Assembly (NCBI GenBank): GCA_947598785.1
Contig: CANQFL010000003.1
Coordinates: 1-42,774, forward strand
Length of the DNA stretch: 42,774 nt
Origin: an uncultured Clostridia bacterium
GTDB lineage: Bacteria; Bacillota; Clostridia; Christensenellales; UBA1242
Direction of reading: 5' to 3'
A program made the translations under genes and the position numbers. Each line of letters starts with the position of its first letter. Position 1 is the first letter of the stretch. The notes below the pieces were generated by a model, which worked only from the letters and a program-made list of their open reading frames with translations, did no database searches and was not told where the DNA came from. Positions 1 through 9,807 of the stretch are shown here, piece by piece.

Positions 1-1138
1 GTTTTGCAACCACCTTTTGAAGTTCATCAATCACATAGTCAACATCTGATTTAGAAATGTTTGTTCCAAATGAAAATCTTATTGTTCCTTGTGCAATCTC
101 ATCATCAATTCCCATTGCTTTTAAAACGTGTGAAGGAAGAAGTGATTTTGAAGTACAAGCTGAAGAAGTTGAAACACAAATTCCTGAAAGGTCAAGCAAC
201 ATCATAATACTTTCACCTTCTATTCCATAGAACGAAATACTAACAATAGAATTTGATTTTTGATGTGGATGACCATTTACTTGATAAAATTCAACTTTTT
301 CTTTTAATTTATCTAAGAAGTATTCTCTTATTGTTTTAAGTTTTTTGTTATTTATCATCATATTTCTAGTAGCAATTTCAATAGCTTTACCAAAACCTGC
401 AATACCTGGTATATTCTCAGTTCCGGCTCTTTTGCCTCTTTCTTGGCTTGTTCCACCATAAGTAATTGGGTCAATTCTTATGCCATTTTTAACATACAAA
501 GCACCGACACCTTTAGGACCATGAATTTTATGTGCAGACATAGAAAGTAAATCTATTCCCATATCTTGTACATCAATTTTCAAACAACCTATTGCTTGAA
601 CTGCATCAGTATGAAAAACGATACCATAACTATGAGCAATATTAGCGATTGCCTTAATATTCTGAATTGTGCCAACTTCATTGTTTACAGTCATAATTGA
701 AATTAATGTAGTATCTTTTCTGATTGAATGTAAAAGGTCTGGCAAACTTACAAGTCCATATTTATCAACTGGAAGATAAGTAACTTCATAGCCTTCTTTT
801 TCAAGTTGTTCGCAAGCGTGAAGAATAGCATGATGTTCAATTTGGCTTGTAATTATGTGTTTACCTTTGTTTGCATAAGCATGAGCAGTTCCGATGATAG
901 CCCAATTATCAGCTTCAGTACCACCACTAGTGAAATAGATTTCATTTGCTTTACTAGCATTTATAGCATCTTTAACTCTATCTCTAGCCCTATCAATTAT
1001 AGCCATTGCATCACGTCCATAAGCATGAAGAGAGCCGGCATTCCCATAAATAGTATTGAAACAAGGGACCATTTCATTAAGGACTTCATTAGAAACATAA
1101 GTAGTAGATGCATTATCTAAATAGATTCTTCTTTCCAT
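1..1138 (-). CDS. iscS: Cysteine desulfurase IscS/NifS (3' end runs off the window)
   Basis: Not in the ORF track; translated by hand from ATG at 1138: MERRIYLDNASTT...GNAGSLH..., FTSGGTEADN, HTDAVQA, SAHKIHGPKGVG (PLP Lys) and STSSACTS (catalytic Cys). Confidence 0.95.
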   Translation of the reverse strand, partial: MERRIYLDNASTTYVSNEVLNEMVPCFNTIYGNAGSLHAYGRDAMAIIDRARDRVKDAINASKANEIYFTSGGTEADNWAIIGTAHAYANKGKHIITSQIEHHAILHACEQLEKEGYEVTYLPVDKYGLVSLPDLLHSIRKDTTLISIMTVNNEVGTIQNIKAIANIAHSYGIVFHTDAVQAIGCLKIDVQDMGIDLLSMSAHKIHGPKGVGALYVKNGIRIDPITYGGTSQERGKRAGTENIPGIAGFGKAIEIATRNMMINNKKLKTIREYFLDKLKEKVEFYQVNGHPHQKSNSIVSISFYGIEGESIMMLLDLSGICVSTSSACTSKSLLPSHVLKAMGIDDEIAQGTIRFSFGTNISKSDVDYVIDELQKVVAK

Positions 1139-1181
1139 AAATTTTCCTTTTAAAAAACATAAAGTTTTGAATTACTCTATT

Positions 1182-1210
1182 ATTTTATCACTAAATAAAG
1201 GTCTTGTCAA
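1182..1210 (-). promoter_or_regulatory. SigA-type promoter of iscS
   Basis: TTGACA (1210-1205), 17 bp spacer, then TGnTAAAAT extended -10 (1190-1182). Confidence 0.7.
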
Positions 1211-1218
1211 TAGTATTT

Positions 1219-1560
1219 TTATAATAAAGAAAAAACAAATTGAAAATAAATTTTCTTATATTTTTCACAAATTTCAATAAATTCATCTTTCATCATAAGT
1301 CCAATATGCTTATCTTTAAGTTGTCCATCAACAAAAAATAGCAAAGTAGGGATACTCATAATTCCAAATTTTTTAGCCAAATTTTCACTTTCGTCCACAT
1401 CAACCTTTACAATTTTTACACTGTCACCTAGTTTTTTTTGTGCTTCTTCGAGAATTGGAGCCATCATACGACAAGGTCCACACCAATTAGCAAAAAAATC
1501 AACCACAACAAGTCCATTTTGTATAGTTTTTTCAAAATCTTGTTCTTTAATTATTTCCAT
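1219..1560 (-). CDS. trxA: Thioredoxin
   Basis: WCGPC active site and SIPT cis-Pro motif; likely start MEIIKE at 1560 after GGAGG. Confidence 0.95.
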   Translation of the reverse strand: MEIIKEQDFEKTIQNGLVVVDFFANWCGPCRMMAPILEEAQKKLGDSVKIVKVDVDESENLAKKFGIMSIPTLLFFVDGQLKDKHIGLMMKDEFIEICEKYKKIYFQFVFSLL

Positions 1561-2260
1561 TTTTCCCTCCGTTAAAATTTTTATTTTGAAGTAATTTGTT
1601 AATAACAAAAGCAGAAATTACACAACCACACATTGCAGGAAAATATGATATACTTCCAATAACTCCATCATCTGATGATTTAAGTGGTTTTTGTAGTGTT
1701 GTAACAACATCAAGACAATCAATATTTTCTTCTCTTAATTTTTTTCTTAAAATTTTAGCTAAACCATCATTTTGAGTTTTATAAATATCGGTAACAATAA
1801 ATTCAGGAATACAAATGCGATTTCCTGCACCCATAGCTGAAATGATATTGATATTATTTTTCTTACAATAAGAAATAAGTTCAATTTTGTTTGTCACATT
1901 GTCTATAGCATCAACCACATATGAACAATCTGGCGATATAACCTTTTCAATATTGTCTTTTGAAATTTTATCGGCCAGAACTCTTACATTACATAACGGA
2001 TTAATTTTCCTTATTTGTTGATACATAACATCAGTTTTTAGTTGTCCGATAGTATCTATGTTTGCAACAACTTGACGATTTATATTTGTTTCGTCAACTC
2101 TATCAAAATCTACAATAGTGATTTTACCTATTCCAGCACGAGCTAAAAGTTGTGTAACATATCCACCAACACCACCAATACCAATAACAGCGACATGGCT
2201 TTGTTCGAGAATTTTCAAACCTTCTTTACCTATTAAAAGTGAAGTTCTGTCATTCCACAT
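1547..2260 (-). CDS. tcdA: ThiF/E1-like tRNA threonylcarbamoyladenosine dehydratase (TcdA/YrvM-like)
   Basis: GIGGVGG nucleotide-binding loop, DFDRVDETNINRQ, VVDAID and SAMGAGN motifs. Confidence 0.85.
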   Translation of the reverse strand: MWNDRTSLLIGKEGLKILEQSHVAVIGIGGVGGYVTQLLARAGIGKITIVDFDRVDETNINRQVVANIDTIGQLKTDVMYQQIRKINPLCNVRVLADKISKDNIEKVISPDCSYVVDAIDNVTNKIELISYCKKNNINIISAMGAGNRICIPEFIVTDIYKTQNDGLAKILRKKLREENIDCLDVVTTLQKPLKSSDDGVIGSISYFPAMCGCVISAFVINKLLQNKNFNGGKNGNN

Positions 2261-2332
2261 AATTCTCTCCTTGGTATGTATATATTGTGGTATTATTCAA
2301 TCTTTTTATTACATAACACCACTATATTTAGT

Positions 2333-3628
2333 TTATAAAACATATTTCTTTAAATCATATTTAGCTTGTCTATCTTTAAATACATTTTGAACATATTTTT
2401 TATCTATAACGACATCAAGCATTGGATGGTCACCTGTAGCATTAAAAGAAACATCTTCTAAAACGGTTTCCATAATTGTATGCAATCTTCTTGCCCCTAA
2501 ATCTTGACTTGTTTCATTTTCTCTTTCTGCCATTTCAGCTATTTCATCAAGAGCATCATCTTTAAAAATCAAATTAATATTATCAACTTTTAAAAGATTT
2601 GCATATTGAAGAGTTATAGCATTTTTTGGAGTTGTAAGAATTTTCTTAAAATCTTCTTTTGTTAAGCTTTCTAAATTAACAACAATTGGAAATCTTCCTT
2701 GAAGTTCTGGTATCATATCTTCCATTTTTGCAACATGGAAAGCTCCTGCTGCAATAAACAAAATGAAATCAGTCTTTACATTGCCGTATTTAGTAGGAAC
2801 TGTACTTCCTTCGACTATAGGCAAAATATCTCTTTGCACACCTTCTCTTGAAACGTCTGCGCTATTTGTAGCTTGACTTTTTCCAATTATCTTATCTATT
2901 TCATCTATAAAAATTATTCCTTGTTCTTCAGCAAGTTGGATTGCCTCTTCATTGACATTGTCATTGTCTATAACTTTATCAGATTCTTCTTGCAATAACG
3001 CTTCTCTTGCGTGTTTTACAGTTAGTTTCTTTTTTTTATGTCTTGGTGGAGTAATCCCTTCAAACATAGAACCCAAACTTATTTCATTTCCCCCGATTGC
3101 CATCATTGGTTTAGGATTATCAATCACAACTATTTCAACTACTTCTTCCTCACATTTGCCTTCATGAAGTTCTTTTATCAAGCTCTCTCTATCAACTTCA
3201 ACTTGTGTTACTCTACGATTTTGAAAAAGAGCATCAACAAGTTTAGCCTCTACAATAGGCATAACTTTGTCTTCAACTTCTTTTTTCTTTTGGTCTTTTA
3301 CCATTCTTACAGCAACTTCAACTAAATCTCTAACCATACTTTCAACATCACGTCCAACATATCCAACTTCAGTATATTTAGTTGCTTCTACTTTTACAAA
3401 TGGAGAGCCTACAAGTTTTGCAAGTCTTCTTGCTATTTCAGTTTTTCCTACTCCGGTTGGTCCACTCATAACAATATTCTTAGGAGTGATTTCATCTCTT
3501 ACATCAACCGGCAACTTACTTCTTCTATATCTGTTTCTTAAAGCAACAGCAACAGCTCTTTTTGCTTTGCTTTGCCCAACAATATATTTATCAAGTTCAT
3601 TTACTATTTGTTTTGAAGTTAAACTCAT
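2333..3628 (-). CDS. hslU: ATP-dependent protease ATPase subunit HslU (ClpY)
   Basis: GPTGVGKTEIARRLAK, EATKYTEVGYVGRDVESMVRDL, FIDEIDK, ELQGRFP, LGARRL. Confidence 0.97.
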   Translation of the reverse strand: MSLTSKQIVNELDKYIVGQSKAKRAVAVALRNRYRRSKLPVDVRDEITPKNIVMSGPTGVGKTEIARRLAKLVGSPFVKVEATKYTEVGYVGRDVESMVRDLVEVAVRMVKDQKKKEVEDKVMPIVEAKLVDALFQNRRVTQVEVDRESLIKELHEGKCEEEVVEIVVIDNPKPMMAIGGNEISLGSMFEGITPPRHKKKKLTVKHAREALLQEESDKVIDNDNVNEEAIQLAEEQGIIFIDEIDKIIGKSQATNSADVSREGVQRDILPIVEGSTVPTKYGNVKTDFILFIAAGAFHVAKMEDMIPELQGRFPIVVNLESLTKEDFKKILTTPKNAITLQYANLLKVDNINLIFKDDALDEIAEMAERENETSQDLGARRLHTIMETVLEDVSFNATGDHPMLDVVIDKKYVQNVFKDRQAKYDLKKYVL

Positions 3629-3641
3629 ATTTTTCCCCCTC

Positions 3642-4184
3642 CTATAATTCTTCTACAATTATATTATCGTTAGTAAACACACAAATTTCACTTGCAATCT
3701 TTAAAGACTTATAAGCAATTTCTTTTGCAGTATAATCAGTATTTTGTACTAAAGCTCTTGCTGCTGCTAAAGCATAGTTTCCACCAGAACCTATTGCACA
3801 TACATCATCTTGAGGTTCTATGACATCACCTGTTCCATCTAATAATAAAATTTGATTCTTATCAGCAACAATCATCATAGCTTCAAGTTTACGCATTGCT
3901 TTATCATCTCTCCAAGTTTGAGCAAGTTCAACAGCACTTCTCATAAGGTTTCCAGAAAATTTATTAAGCATAGCCTCAAATCTTTCACTTAAAGAAAAAG
4001 CATCAGCAACTGAGCCTGCAAATCCAATAACAACACTATTATTATAAATTCTTCTAACCTTTTTCGCATTGTTTTTAAAAATTATACTATTTGACATTGT
4101 AACTTGTCCATCACCTGCTACAGCGATTTTTCCATTTCTTTTAACAGCACAAATTGTAGTGCCTCTAAAAATATTTTCTTCCAT
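3642..4184 (-). CDS. hslV: ATP-dependent protease peptidase subunit HslV (ClpQ)
   Basis: TTICAV N-terminal Thr after a short propeptide, [24 protein letters not shown]. Confidence 0.97.
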   Translation of the reverse strand: MEENIFRGTTICAVKRNGKIAVAGDGQVTMSNSIIFKNNAKKVRRIYNNSVVIGFAGSVADAFSLSERFEAMLNKFSGNLMRSAVELAQTWRDDKAMRKLEAMMIVADKNQILLLDGTGDVIEPQDDVCAIGSGGNYALAAARALVQNTDYTAKEIAYKSLKIASEICVFTNDNIIVEEL

Positions 4185-4251
4185 ATATTCTCCTTTTTGT
4201 TAAAGTAATTATATCATATTTGAAATAGTTTATCCTAATTTTTTTTGCTAC

Positions 4252-6297
4252 TTATACTTTATAATCACAACTTGAACATTTGATTACTTTTCCATGTTTA
4301 ACCAAAAATTTGCCACAATTAGGACATTTTTCTCCTGTAGGGATATCCCAACTCATGAAATTACACCCTTTTCTATCCTCACAAGCATAAAATGTTTTTC
4401 CGTGCTTAGTTTTAAAAGAATATACATTTTTACCACAATTTGGACATTTAGCAATAGTTTTCTTATCATCTTCGTAAGGCATAATATTTCGACATTTAGG
4501 GAAATTAGAGCAACCTAAAAATTTTCCATATCTCCCCTCTCTTATCAACATTTTATGTCCACACTTATCACAAACAATATCAGTTTCGATAGGTTGAGAT
4601 TTCATAGTTAAACTGCTTGCATCGGCATTTTTAAGCAGGTCTTTAAACCCGTTCCAAAAACTATCAACCACACTATGCCATTCATCTTTATTTTCGGCAA
4701 TATCATCTAATCGATTTTCCATATGAGCAGTAAATTTAACATTAATAATTTTGCTGAAAAACTTTTCAAGATAATCACAAATTTTCTTTCCAAGTTCAGT
4801 TGGTACAAGATTTTTACCTTCTTTTATACAGTAATTTCTTGCAGTTAAAATAGTTATTGTTGCAGCATAAGTTGCTGGTCTGCCTATGCCTTTTTCTTCC
4901 ATAGCTTTAACCAAACTTGCTTCTGTAAAACGAGCTGGTGGCTTAGTAAATTTTTGTTCTTCTTTGATTTCTAAAACTTTTACTTTTTCGTTTTCTTCAA
5001 GTTTTGGAAGTTTGTTAATTTCCTGCTTTTCATCTTCTAAAACATCTTTATAAACAGCTGTGTAACCTGCAAATTCAAGAGTTTTTCCAACTGCTTTAAA
5101 TTCATATTCTCCTGCCCTTAAAGAAACATTAACATTTGAGTATTGAGCTTCACTCATTTGACTAGCTACAAATCTATCATATATTAATTTATAAAGTTTA
5201 TAATTATCTTTATTTAATGAAGATTTAACTCTTTCTGGTGTCATTTGTAGAGAAATTGGTCTTATTGCTTCATGTGCATCTTGTGCATTTTTTTTGCTTG
5301 CATAAATATTAGGTTTGGCAGGAACATAATTTTTACCATATTTTTCAGCAATAAAATCACGGCAAGCATTCTGTGCATCAACTGAAACTCTAGTACTATC
5401 CGTTCTGATATAAGTGATAAGAGCTATTTTTCCTTCCCCTTCAATTTCTACACCTTCATACAACTCTTGAGCACAAGATGTTGTTCTTTTTAAAGTTAAT
5501 CCAAGTTTACTGCCTGCATCTTGTTGCATTGTGCTTGTAGTGAATGGAGCTGGAGCATGTGACTTTGTATTACTCTTCTTAATGTTAGAAACTTCAAAAT
5601 CCACTCCCTTGATTGCAGATAAAATTTTATCAACTTCATCTTTATTTACAGGCTTTATTTTTTTACCCTTAAAACTAGTTAGCGAGGATTTGAATTTTAT
5701 ATTATCCTTTTCATGATTAGCAGTTACAACCCAATACTCTTCTGGTTTAAATTCTTCAATTTCTTTTTCTCTATCAACCACAAGTTTAAGAGCAACAGAT
5801 TGAACTCTTCCTGCAGAAAGTTTAGGAGCAATTTTACGAGATAAAATAGGTGATAATTTATAACCAACTATTCTATCCATAACCCTACGTGCTTGTTGAG
5901 CATTTACAAGGTTGATATCAATCACTCTTGGTTCAGTTAAAGCCTTAAGAACGGCTTTTTTAGATATTTCGTTGAATTGGATACGACATTTAGTGTTAGG
6001 GTCTAATCCCAAAACATAGGCAACATGCCAAGAAATAGCCTCTCCCTCTCTATCAGGGTCGGTTGCGATTAAAACTTCTTCGGCTTTTGATGCTTTTTTC
6101 TTTAATTCAGAAATTAGTTCTTTTTTGTCTGGATTAATTTCATAATAAGGTTCATAGTTATGATTTAAGTCAATAGAAAAAGATTTTGCTGGTAAATCAC
6201 GTATATGCCCCTTTGTAGCAAATACCTCATAACCATTACCTAAATATTTTTTTAATGTTTCCCTTTTAGCAGGTGCTTCTATAACTACAAGTTTCAA
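4252..6297 (-). CDS. topA: DNA topoisomerase I
   Basis: TOPRIM motifs (EAPAK, ATDPDREGEAI), SAGRVQS, ITYIRTDS catalytic Tyr and C-terminal Zn ribbons. Confidence 0.97.
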   Translation of the reverse strand: MKLVVIEAPAKRETLKKYLGNGYEVFATKGHIRDLPAKSFSIDLNHNYEPYYEINPDKKELISELKKKASKAEEVLIATDPDREGEAISWHVAYVLGLDPNTKCRIQFNEISKKAVLKALTEPRVIDINLVNAQQARRVMDRIVGYKLSPILSRKIAPKLSAGRVQSVALKLVVDREKEIEEFKPEEYWVVTANHEKDNIKFKSSLTSFKGKKIKPVNKDEVDKILSAIKGVDFEVSNIKKSNTKSHAPAPFTTSTMQQDAGSKLGLTLKRTTSCAQELYEGVEIEGEGKIALITYIRTDSTRVSVDAQNACRDFIAEKYGKNYVPAKPNIYASKKNAQDAHEAIRPISLQMTPERVKSSLNKDNYKLYKLIYDRFVASQMSEAQYSNVNVSLRAGEYEFKAVGKTLEFAGYTAVYKDVLEDEKQEINKLPKLEENEKVKVLEIKEEQKFTKPPARFTEASLVKAMEEKGIGRPATYAATITILTARNYCIKEGKNLVPTELGKKICDYLEKFFSKIINVKFTAHMENRLDDIAENKDEWHSVVDSFWNGFKDLLKNADASSLTMKSQPIETDIVCDKCGHKMLIREGRYGKFLGCSNFPKCRNIMPYEDDKKTIAKCPNCGKNVYSFKTKHGKTFYACEDRKGCNFMSWDIPTGEKCPNCGKFLVKHGKVIKCSSCDYKV

Positions 6298-6319
6298 AAT
6301 TTACTCCTTTATGTATAAA

Positions 6320-7390
6320 TTATATAACAGCATATGTTTGTGCTGGCAACCTTTTTATTAAACCACGAATTTCAAGAGTTGTCAAATAACTATTTAAAAT
6401 ATTAGTAGGAATTTTAGATTTTTCTGCCAAATACTCAAAAGTTCGTTCTTCATTTTCGAGTAAATCTAAAATCATTTTTTCTTCAAAATTTAATGAAATT
6501 GATTTATTTGACGTCACTTGAGGTTGTAAACCATAAAATTCAATAATATCGTCTGGAGAAGTTACACAATTTGCTTGACCTATTTTAATTAAATGGTTTG
6601 GTAACTCACTTTTTGAGTTTGTGATATTTCCAGGAACGGCAAAAATATCTTTACCATACTCTAAAGCATACTCTTTTGTATGCACAGTTCCACTTTTTAA
6701 CCCAGCTTCAGTAATTAATACTCCTTGACTCAACCCTGCAATTATACGATTTCTTCTAGGAAAAGTATATCTTTTAGGTTCAAATGATGGTGGATATTCA
6801 CTTAAAAGCAGTCCATTTTCAGAAATATCTTTAGCTAAAGAGTTGTTTACAGCAGGATAAATATGGTTAAGACCACTCCCAATGACTGCAATAGTCTTTC
6901 CTCCAACAATTAGTGTATTTTTATGAGAAATTGAATCAATCCCATAACATAAGCCACTAACAATAACAAATCCACTTTGAGCCAATTTTTTTGCAAATTT
7001 TTCAGTAATCATTTTTCCATAGTTAGATGCCATTCTAGTGCCAACCATTGCTAAGCACCTACCATTTAATAGCCCTAAATCACCTTTTGCAAAAAGGATA
7101 AGAGGTCTATCAGGTAAATTTAAGAGCGATTTTGGATATTCCTTTGAAAAAATTGTAAGGATTTTAATGCCTGAGTTTATTATATTTTTTATATATTCAT
7201 CTAATTTTTGTTTGTTATAATTTAATCTGATTTTTTGTAATTCATCTTTAGAAAAGTTTTCAATATCAGATGACAAAAGTTCTTCTATGTTTCTATCACC
7301 TAAAAGTTTGATTAAACCTTCTTGTTTCTTTATACTTATTTCAAAATTTGAAAGATAAATAATAAGTTTTTCTTTTTCTGTCATATACAC
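6320..7390 (-). CDS. dprA: DNA-processing protein DprA/Smf
   Basis: VGTR, IVSGLCYGID, FPRRNRIIAGLS, FAVPG, C-terminal winged helix; upstream of topA as usual. Confidence 0.95.
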   Translation of the reverse strand: MYMTEKEKLIIYLSNFEISIKKQEGLIKLLGDRNIEELLSSDIENFSKDELQKIRLNYNKQKLDEYIKNIINSGIKILTIFSKEYPKSLLNLPDRPLILFAKGDLGLLNGRCLAMVGTRMASNYGKMITEKFAKKLAQSGFVIVSGLCYGIDSISHKNTLIVGGKTIAVIGSGLNHIYPAVNNSLAKDISENGLLLSEYPPSFEPKRYTFPRRNRIIAGLSQGVLITEAGLKSGTVHTKEYALEYGKDIFAVPGNITNSKSELPNHLIKIGQANCVTSPDDIIEFYGLQPQVTSNKSISLNFEEKMILDLLENEERTFEYLAEKSKIPTNILNSYLTTLEIRGLIKRLPAQTYAVI

Positions 7391-7391
7391 C

Positions 7392-8936
7392 TCAGACCTC
7401 TAAATATTTTCTATCAAGACTGCGATATGAAATAGCCTCAGCAATATGTGAAGGTAAAATATCTTCTAATCCGTCTAAATCAGCGATTGTTCTTGCAACC
7501 TTTAAAATTCTATCATGTGCCCTAGCACTCAATTTCAAATTAGAAAAAGCAAGTTCCATAAGTTTTTCACAATCTGGCGATAGTTTACAAAACTTCTTTG
7601 TTTGAGGTACTGTCATTTTAGCATTACAATAATTTTTTGAAGATTTGAATCTTTCTAATTGCATTTTTCTTGCTTTATCTACCCTTTGTTTTATTTCTGA
7701 CGAACATTCCTCTTTTTGATTATTATTTAATTCTTTATATGAAACATTGTCAACTTCAATATGTATATCAATCCTATCTAAAATAGGTCCTGAAATTTTT
7801 GATAAATATTTATGAATTTGTGCAGGTGTGCATTTACATTCACGTTCTTTTGAACCATAATAGCCACAAGGACATGGATTCATACTAGCAATAAGAGTAA
7901 AGGAAGCTGGATACGTAACAGTTTGATTTGCACGAGCAACAGTAATATAACCATCTTCAAGTGGTTGTCTAAGAGTTTCAATAAGCTGACGAGAATACTC
8001 AGGAAATTCGTCAAGATAAAGAACCCCATTATGAGCAAGGCTAATTTCCCCTGGTTTACAATGAGTTCCACCTCCAGTCAAGCTTATTGTTGAAGCTGTA
8101 TGGTGTGGAGTTCGAATAGGTCTTTCTGTGATTATTCCTTGTCTTAAATCAAGTTCCCCTGCAACAGAATGAATTTTAGTGACTTCTAAAGCTTCTTCAA
8201 AAGTTAAATCTGGTAAAATACCAGAAAAACATTTTGCCAACATACTTTTTCCACTACCAGGAGGTCCAATCATAAGTACATTATGACCCCCTGCTGCTGC
8301 AATTTCAAGTGCCCTTTTAGCAACTTTTTGCCCTTTTACATTTTCAAAATCTAATTTATTTGAATTAATTTTTTCAATTTCTTCAAAAGATTTTGTTTTG
8401 ATTGGATTAATTGGAAAACTATTTTCTTTATTCAAAAAAATAACAAGTTCTTTCAAAGACGAAAATGGATAAATATCTATTCCTGAAATAAACTTAGCTT
8501 CTTCAGAGTTATCTTTTGGTATAATAATTTTCTTAAAACCTAAAGTTCTTGCTGAAATAAGAATAGGTAAAACACCCCTCACCTTTTTAATAGTTCCATC
8601 AAGTGAAAGTTCGCCTAAAAATATGTAATCTTCAAAAGATTTTTCTACAATTTGTTCTGTTGCTGCTAGAATTCCAACAGCAATGCCTAAATCAAACAGT
8701 GGACCTTCTTTTTTTAAGTCAGCAGGTGCAAGATTGATAGTATAATGTTTTACAGGAAATTCAAACCCTGAATTTCTTATTGCAGATTTTACTCTTTCTC
8801 TTGCCTCAATAACAGACTTATCTCCAAGACCAACAATATCAAAATGAGGTAACCCACCAATGATGTCAGTTTCAATTTGTACTTGAAAACCTTCTAAACC
8901 ATTAAGACCAAAACTAAGAACTTTAGATAACATCAT
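7392..8936 (-). CDS. comM: ComM/YifB Mg-chelatase-like AAA+ ATPase
   Basis: INLAPADLKKEG, GPPGSGKSMLA, PGEISLAHNGVLYLDE, MNPCPCG, LSARA. Confidence 0.93.
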   Translation of the reverse strand: MMLSKVLSFGLNGLEGFQVQIETDIIGGLPHFDIVGLGDKSVIEARERVKSAIRNSGFEFPVKHYTINLAPADLKKEGPLFDLGIAVGILAATEQIVEKSFEDYIFLGELSLDGTIKKVRGVLPILISARTLGFKKIIIPKDNSEEAKFISGIDIYPFSSLKELVIFLNKENSFPINPIKTKSFEEIEKINSNKLDFENVKGQKVAKRALEIAAAGGHNVLMIGPPGSGKSMLAKCFSGILPDLTFEEALEVTKIHSVAGELDLRQGIITERPIRTPHHTASTISLTGGGTHCKPGEISLAHNGVLYLDEFPEYSRQLIETLRQPLEDGYITVARANQTVTYPASFTLIASMNPCPCGYYGSKERECKCTPAQIHKYLSKISGPILDRIDIHIEVDNVSYKELNNNQKEECSSEIKQRVDKARKMQLERFKSSKNYCNAKMTVPQTKKFCKLSPDCEKLMELAFSNLKLSARAHDRILKVARTIADLDGLEDILPSHIAEAISYRSLDRKYLEV

Positions 8937-9000
8937 TTCTCCTAAAATGCACTTAAAGCAATTATAACAAATTAGATATAATTTTCAAAATGTTTTTAAA

Positions 9001-9025
9001 AAGAAAACAGACCAAGAAGGTCTGT
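9001..9025 (-). terminator. Intrinsic terminator after the rny transcription unit
   Basis: ACAGACC-aagaa-GGTCTGT stem followed by a T-rich tract on the minus strand. Confidence 0.6.
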
Positions 9026-9032
9026 AATCTTA

Positions 9033-9410
9033 TCAAACAAAAATCATACCTATTAAGAAAGTTATAGCAATTGAAAAAGCAATAAGGATTTGAAACCACT
9101 TTAAAATTTTGTCTTTCAAAGTTTTTTTGTTAAATTGTTTTTTAAAAATTGCAATATTTTCTTCAAAATAGTCTGTTGTAATTTTAGTTTCATTTATAGT
9201 TTTAGATTTAAAATAGTTAAATCTTTCTTTTAACTCTTCTTGAAAGTCTGAAAAATATAAATAAATTAACCAACCTGTCCAGAAAAGTGAAAGCAACAAT
9301 AAAGAAACAAGCACAAAATATACAAAGCCTGACCAAAATCTATTTAAAATAGCGAATAACCCTGCTAACGCAATGACAGTTGCAGTCACAATATACGGAA
9401 GTTTATTCAT
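9033..9410 (-). CDS. Hypothetical membrane protein (about 3 TM segments)
   Basis: Hydrophobic segments, GGTGA RBS, same strand as and closely spaced behind rny. Confidence 0.7.
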   Translation of the reverse strand: MNKLPYIVTATVIALAGLFAILNRFWSGFVYFVLVSLLLLSLFWTGWLIYLYFSDFQEELKERFNYFKSKTINETKITTDYFEENIAIFKKQFNKKTLKDKILKWFQILIAFSIAITFLIGMIFV

Positions 9411-9422
9411 TTAATCACCAAA

Positions 9423-9758
9423 TTAAATTGCTATATTACAGATATAAATAACAATTATGATAACAGTTGCGATAATCCAGCAGATAAGCCACCATAAATT
9501 ATGTTTGTTCCAGCCACTACCTCTTTTACGCATAGTCCAATAGAAACCAAGCATAATACAAATAACATAAGCCAAACACTCACCAATAGAAGCAAAAGCG
9601 TTTGCAACATCTGGCGTATGTTCTCTGAAAGCCAACCTAAAGATTAAAGCGATAGCGATAAATATGATAGCAAAATACGCTACGCAATCAAGTACCTTTG
9701 TTGTTGACCAAGTACGAGGTTCTCTCTTCTTTTTTTCTTTTTTATTTTCTTCTGCCAT
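9423..9758 (-). CDS. Hypothetical membrane protein (3 TM segments, basic N-terminus)
   Basis: AAGGAGG RBS and three hydrophobic segments. Confidence 0.75.
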   Translation of the reverse strand: MAEENKKEKKKREPRTWSTTKVLDCVAYFAIIFIAIALIFRLAFREHTPDVANAFASIGECLAYVICIMLGFYWTMRKRGSGWNKHNLWWLICWIIATVIIIVIYICNIAI

Positions 9759-9807
9759 AATTTCCTCCTTAAAATTTTATATGCAATAAAAGTTTAATAA
9801 TCTTTCG

